A stretch of 64,000 nucleotides of DNA from Callorhinchus milii (lineage: Eukaryota): positions 868,001 to 932,000 of the forward strand of contig NW_024704772.1 of the NCBI RefSeq assembly GCF_018977255.1, given 5' to 3'. Both the position numbers and the translations under genes were made by a program. Positions 61,832-64,000 of the stretch are shown one piece after another. The notes below the pieces were generated by a model. The model ran no database searches, had not been told where the DNA came from, and worked only from the letters and a program-made list of their open reading frames with translations. The first letter of the stretch is position 1; each line of letters begins with the position of its first letter.

Positions 61832-61868
<37 letters not shown>

Positions 61869-62100
61869 AAGATACGAACTGTTGTAGGAATTTCTGGACG
61901 AAAAAAAGACCAAGGTCCATTCAGTTCACCTTCCACCATCCTGGAAGCTCTCAGGTTCTGCACTCAGCCATCGTGGTGTCAACCCCAACCAGACAATCCA
62001 TCCAACATTCAATATGTTTGTGCCCGGACTGCTCCATTATTTTGGGGTTGAGGGCGTGGGGGAGGGGGAAGTTGCTTTGGGAATGTGGACGGATGGACAG

Positions 62101-63632
62101 TTACGGTTTGAAGGGCATCACGTAGTTACTGGGGAACAGGCCCACCTGCCCTCGCAGACACCCCTTCCACCACGAGGGGTCCGGCTGATCCACCAGCTCA
62201 ATCACGTCTCCCATCCGGAACCCCAACTCGTCGTTCATCTCAGCCACAAAGTCAAACAGGGCCCGTACCTGCCTTACCTGCCAACAGCAAACCAAGGGAC
62301 AACTCGTGTTTATATAACAACAATAATAATCCTTGCATTTGATATAGCGCCTTTTCACTTCTTCGAGACGTCTAACTCTGTAACTCTGGAACACTCTCCC
62401 TCAATCCCTCCGCCTTGACCCCCCCCTCTTTCAAGTCCCGCCTGAAAAACCTTCCTCTTCGACCGTGCTTACGGCCACCTCCCCCCTCTCCCTGGCTCGG
62501 AGTCAGGCTCCGCCACTGTTAAGCGCTCTGAGATGCTATCCTGCGCTGAGGGCATTATATAAATGCAAGTTGTTGTTGTTTATACTGTAAAGTGAATTGA
62601 CTGTACGTAGTCTTGATCCGTCGAGAGGTAGGCACAGAAGAACTTCAAATCACACGATTCAATGTGTTTCTGGCACTTGCCGGTAAGTGTGCGTTGTGTG
62701 GCGACGGGTCAGGGCGAAACGTTGTCTTGACCCGTCACCGCATGCGACTCACCGGCTATATTGAATTTCGCAATTCCAGACTCCCTCCCTGCCCCTGTTC
62801 AAAGCCCGTCTCAAGGTGCACCTCTTTGACCCACTTTTGGTCATCTCTCCCTCTGCACTCCTCTTTCCCCCCTACCCCCCTCCTTTTCCAGAACTGCGGG
62901 GTTAAGACTGAACTTCGGATTCCCCCTCCCCAACCCCCCCCACGCACACATACTCGCACACACAACCATCTCGTCTGGTCTCCATCTCAAACTACGCCCT
63001 GAACACTGAGACCGGGAATAATTTGTGGATTGAAAAACACTGACACTCACAGGCATTGGTGGGCATTCGCTGAGCTTCCGGAAGGCTGGCTGGGCCTCGG
63101 CCATGGCCGCGAGAGGGGGGCCGTAGGGGTGTCGCTGCGTTGGGGCCTCGCTGGCGGACGGATGCGGGCTGTAGCGATTCCTCTGCATTGGTGCATCATT
63201 GACTCCCGCATGCGGATTGTATGGGTGCCGCTGCATTGGAACCTCGTTGGCTGGTGCATGCAGCTTGAACGTTTGCCGCTGCATTGGTGCATCATTGGCT
63301 GTCGCGTGTGGGTTGAATGGCTGCCGCTGCATTGGGGCCTCACTGTAAGATGGCCTCTGCATCGGAGCCTCATTGTAAGATGGCCTCTGCATCGGAGCCT
63401 CGTTGTAAGCTTGCCTCTGCATCGGAGCCTCATTGTAAGCTTGCCTCTGCATTGGAGCCTCATTGTAAGCTTGCCTCTGCATTGGAGCATCTATATGCGC
63501 CTGTCTCTGCAGTGGCTTGAGCATGAGAGTTGGGGGTGGGGTGAAGCTGCTTTTCTTGAAGTTAGCGGCTGGGTCAGTGAATCCCGGGCCTGCTGTGCTG
63601 GGGGACGCCATCATTGACGCACCGTAACCGCC
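62101..63632 (-). CDS. GRAP2: GRB2-related adaptor protein 2 (GADS), 3' part: repeat-rich linker exon and C-terminal SH3 exon; 5' exons lie outside the window
   Basis: Exon 63051-63632 (phase 0/0, Pro/Gln/His-rich) and exon 62101-62277 encoding an SH3 (VRALFDFVAEMNDELGFRMGDVIELVDQPDPSWWKGCLRGQVGLFPSNYV). Assignment to GRAP2 rests on the linker plus adjacency to FAM83F. Confidence 0.82.
63140..63515 (-). repeat. Coding tandem repeat in the GRAP2 linker (30-nt then 48-nt units)
   Basis: APMQRQAYNE x3, APMQRPSYNE, APMQRPSYSE, then 16-aa APMQR-containing units. Confidence 0.9.
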
Positions 63633-64000
63633 CTGAAAACAATAATAATTCCTTGTCAAATTCTCTTTTTGGAGCCCCCTTGCGTAACGGTTAGAGCGCT
63701 CGCCTCGCAAGCGAGAGGACCCGGGTTCGATTCCTGGGCGGCTCAGGGCGAGTTTCCTTAAGCCACGCATATACACACAGCGCTGTTTACTAGCAGTAAG
63801 CAGGAACCCGGTTCTTAGTCGATTGTCAGATCGCTTTCCAAGGGTAGTAATCCCTTCAAGTAAAAATGATTTGGTCACTCAATCCACCACTGTTTGTGGA
63901 ACACTGCTGTGCGCAATTGGCTGCCGTGTTTCACCCACAAAATATACATCACTCCACTTTACGCTTTGACCGCCTTGAGACGTCTCAAAGACGTGATGAG

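Noticed and set aside
62968-63006. Possible extra GRAP2 exon
   Set aside because: Would require a 44-nt intron; the flanking exons already join in phase 0.

Overview
Vertebrate (eukaryotic) genomic DNA, not prokaryotic; the ORF track is mostly noise from introns, microsatellites and retroposons. The repeat complement (tRNA-Ala-headed Deu-domain SINEs, L2 and shark-type CR1 LINE ends) points to a cartilaginous fish, probably a chimaera such as the elephant shark (inference). By reading splice sites I reconstructed six spliced genes: IFT27 (-), RPL3 (-), SYNGR1 (+, two alternative last exons), EIF3D (-, one apparent 1-nt frameshift), FAM83F (-, last exon partly in an N gap) and the 3' end of GRAP2 (-). 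All six human orthologues lie on 22q12-13. RPL3 introns host three C/D snoRNAs (one U43, two U83). The first ~15 kb has no recognisable protein gene. I see no demonstrably new biological system. The best leads are RNA-level: structured RPL3 intron 3, apparently relocated snoRNAs with a candidate poison exon, an inverted young SINE pair around RPL3 exons 2-8, a duplicated EIF3D acceptor, a tandem-repeat-expanded GRAP2 linker and an intronic hairpin. Comparisons to human are from memory and were not computed. N gaps: 4476-4711, 7586-7715, 55379-55517.
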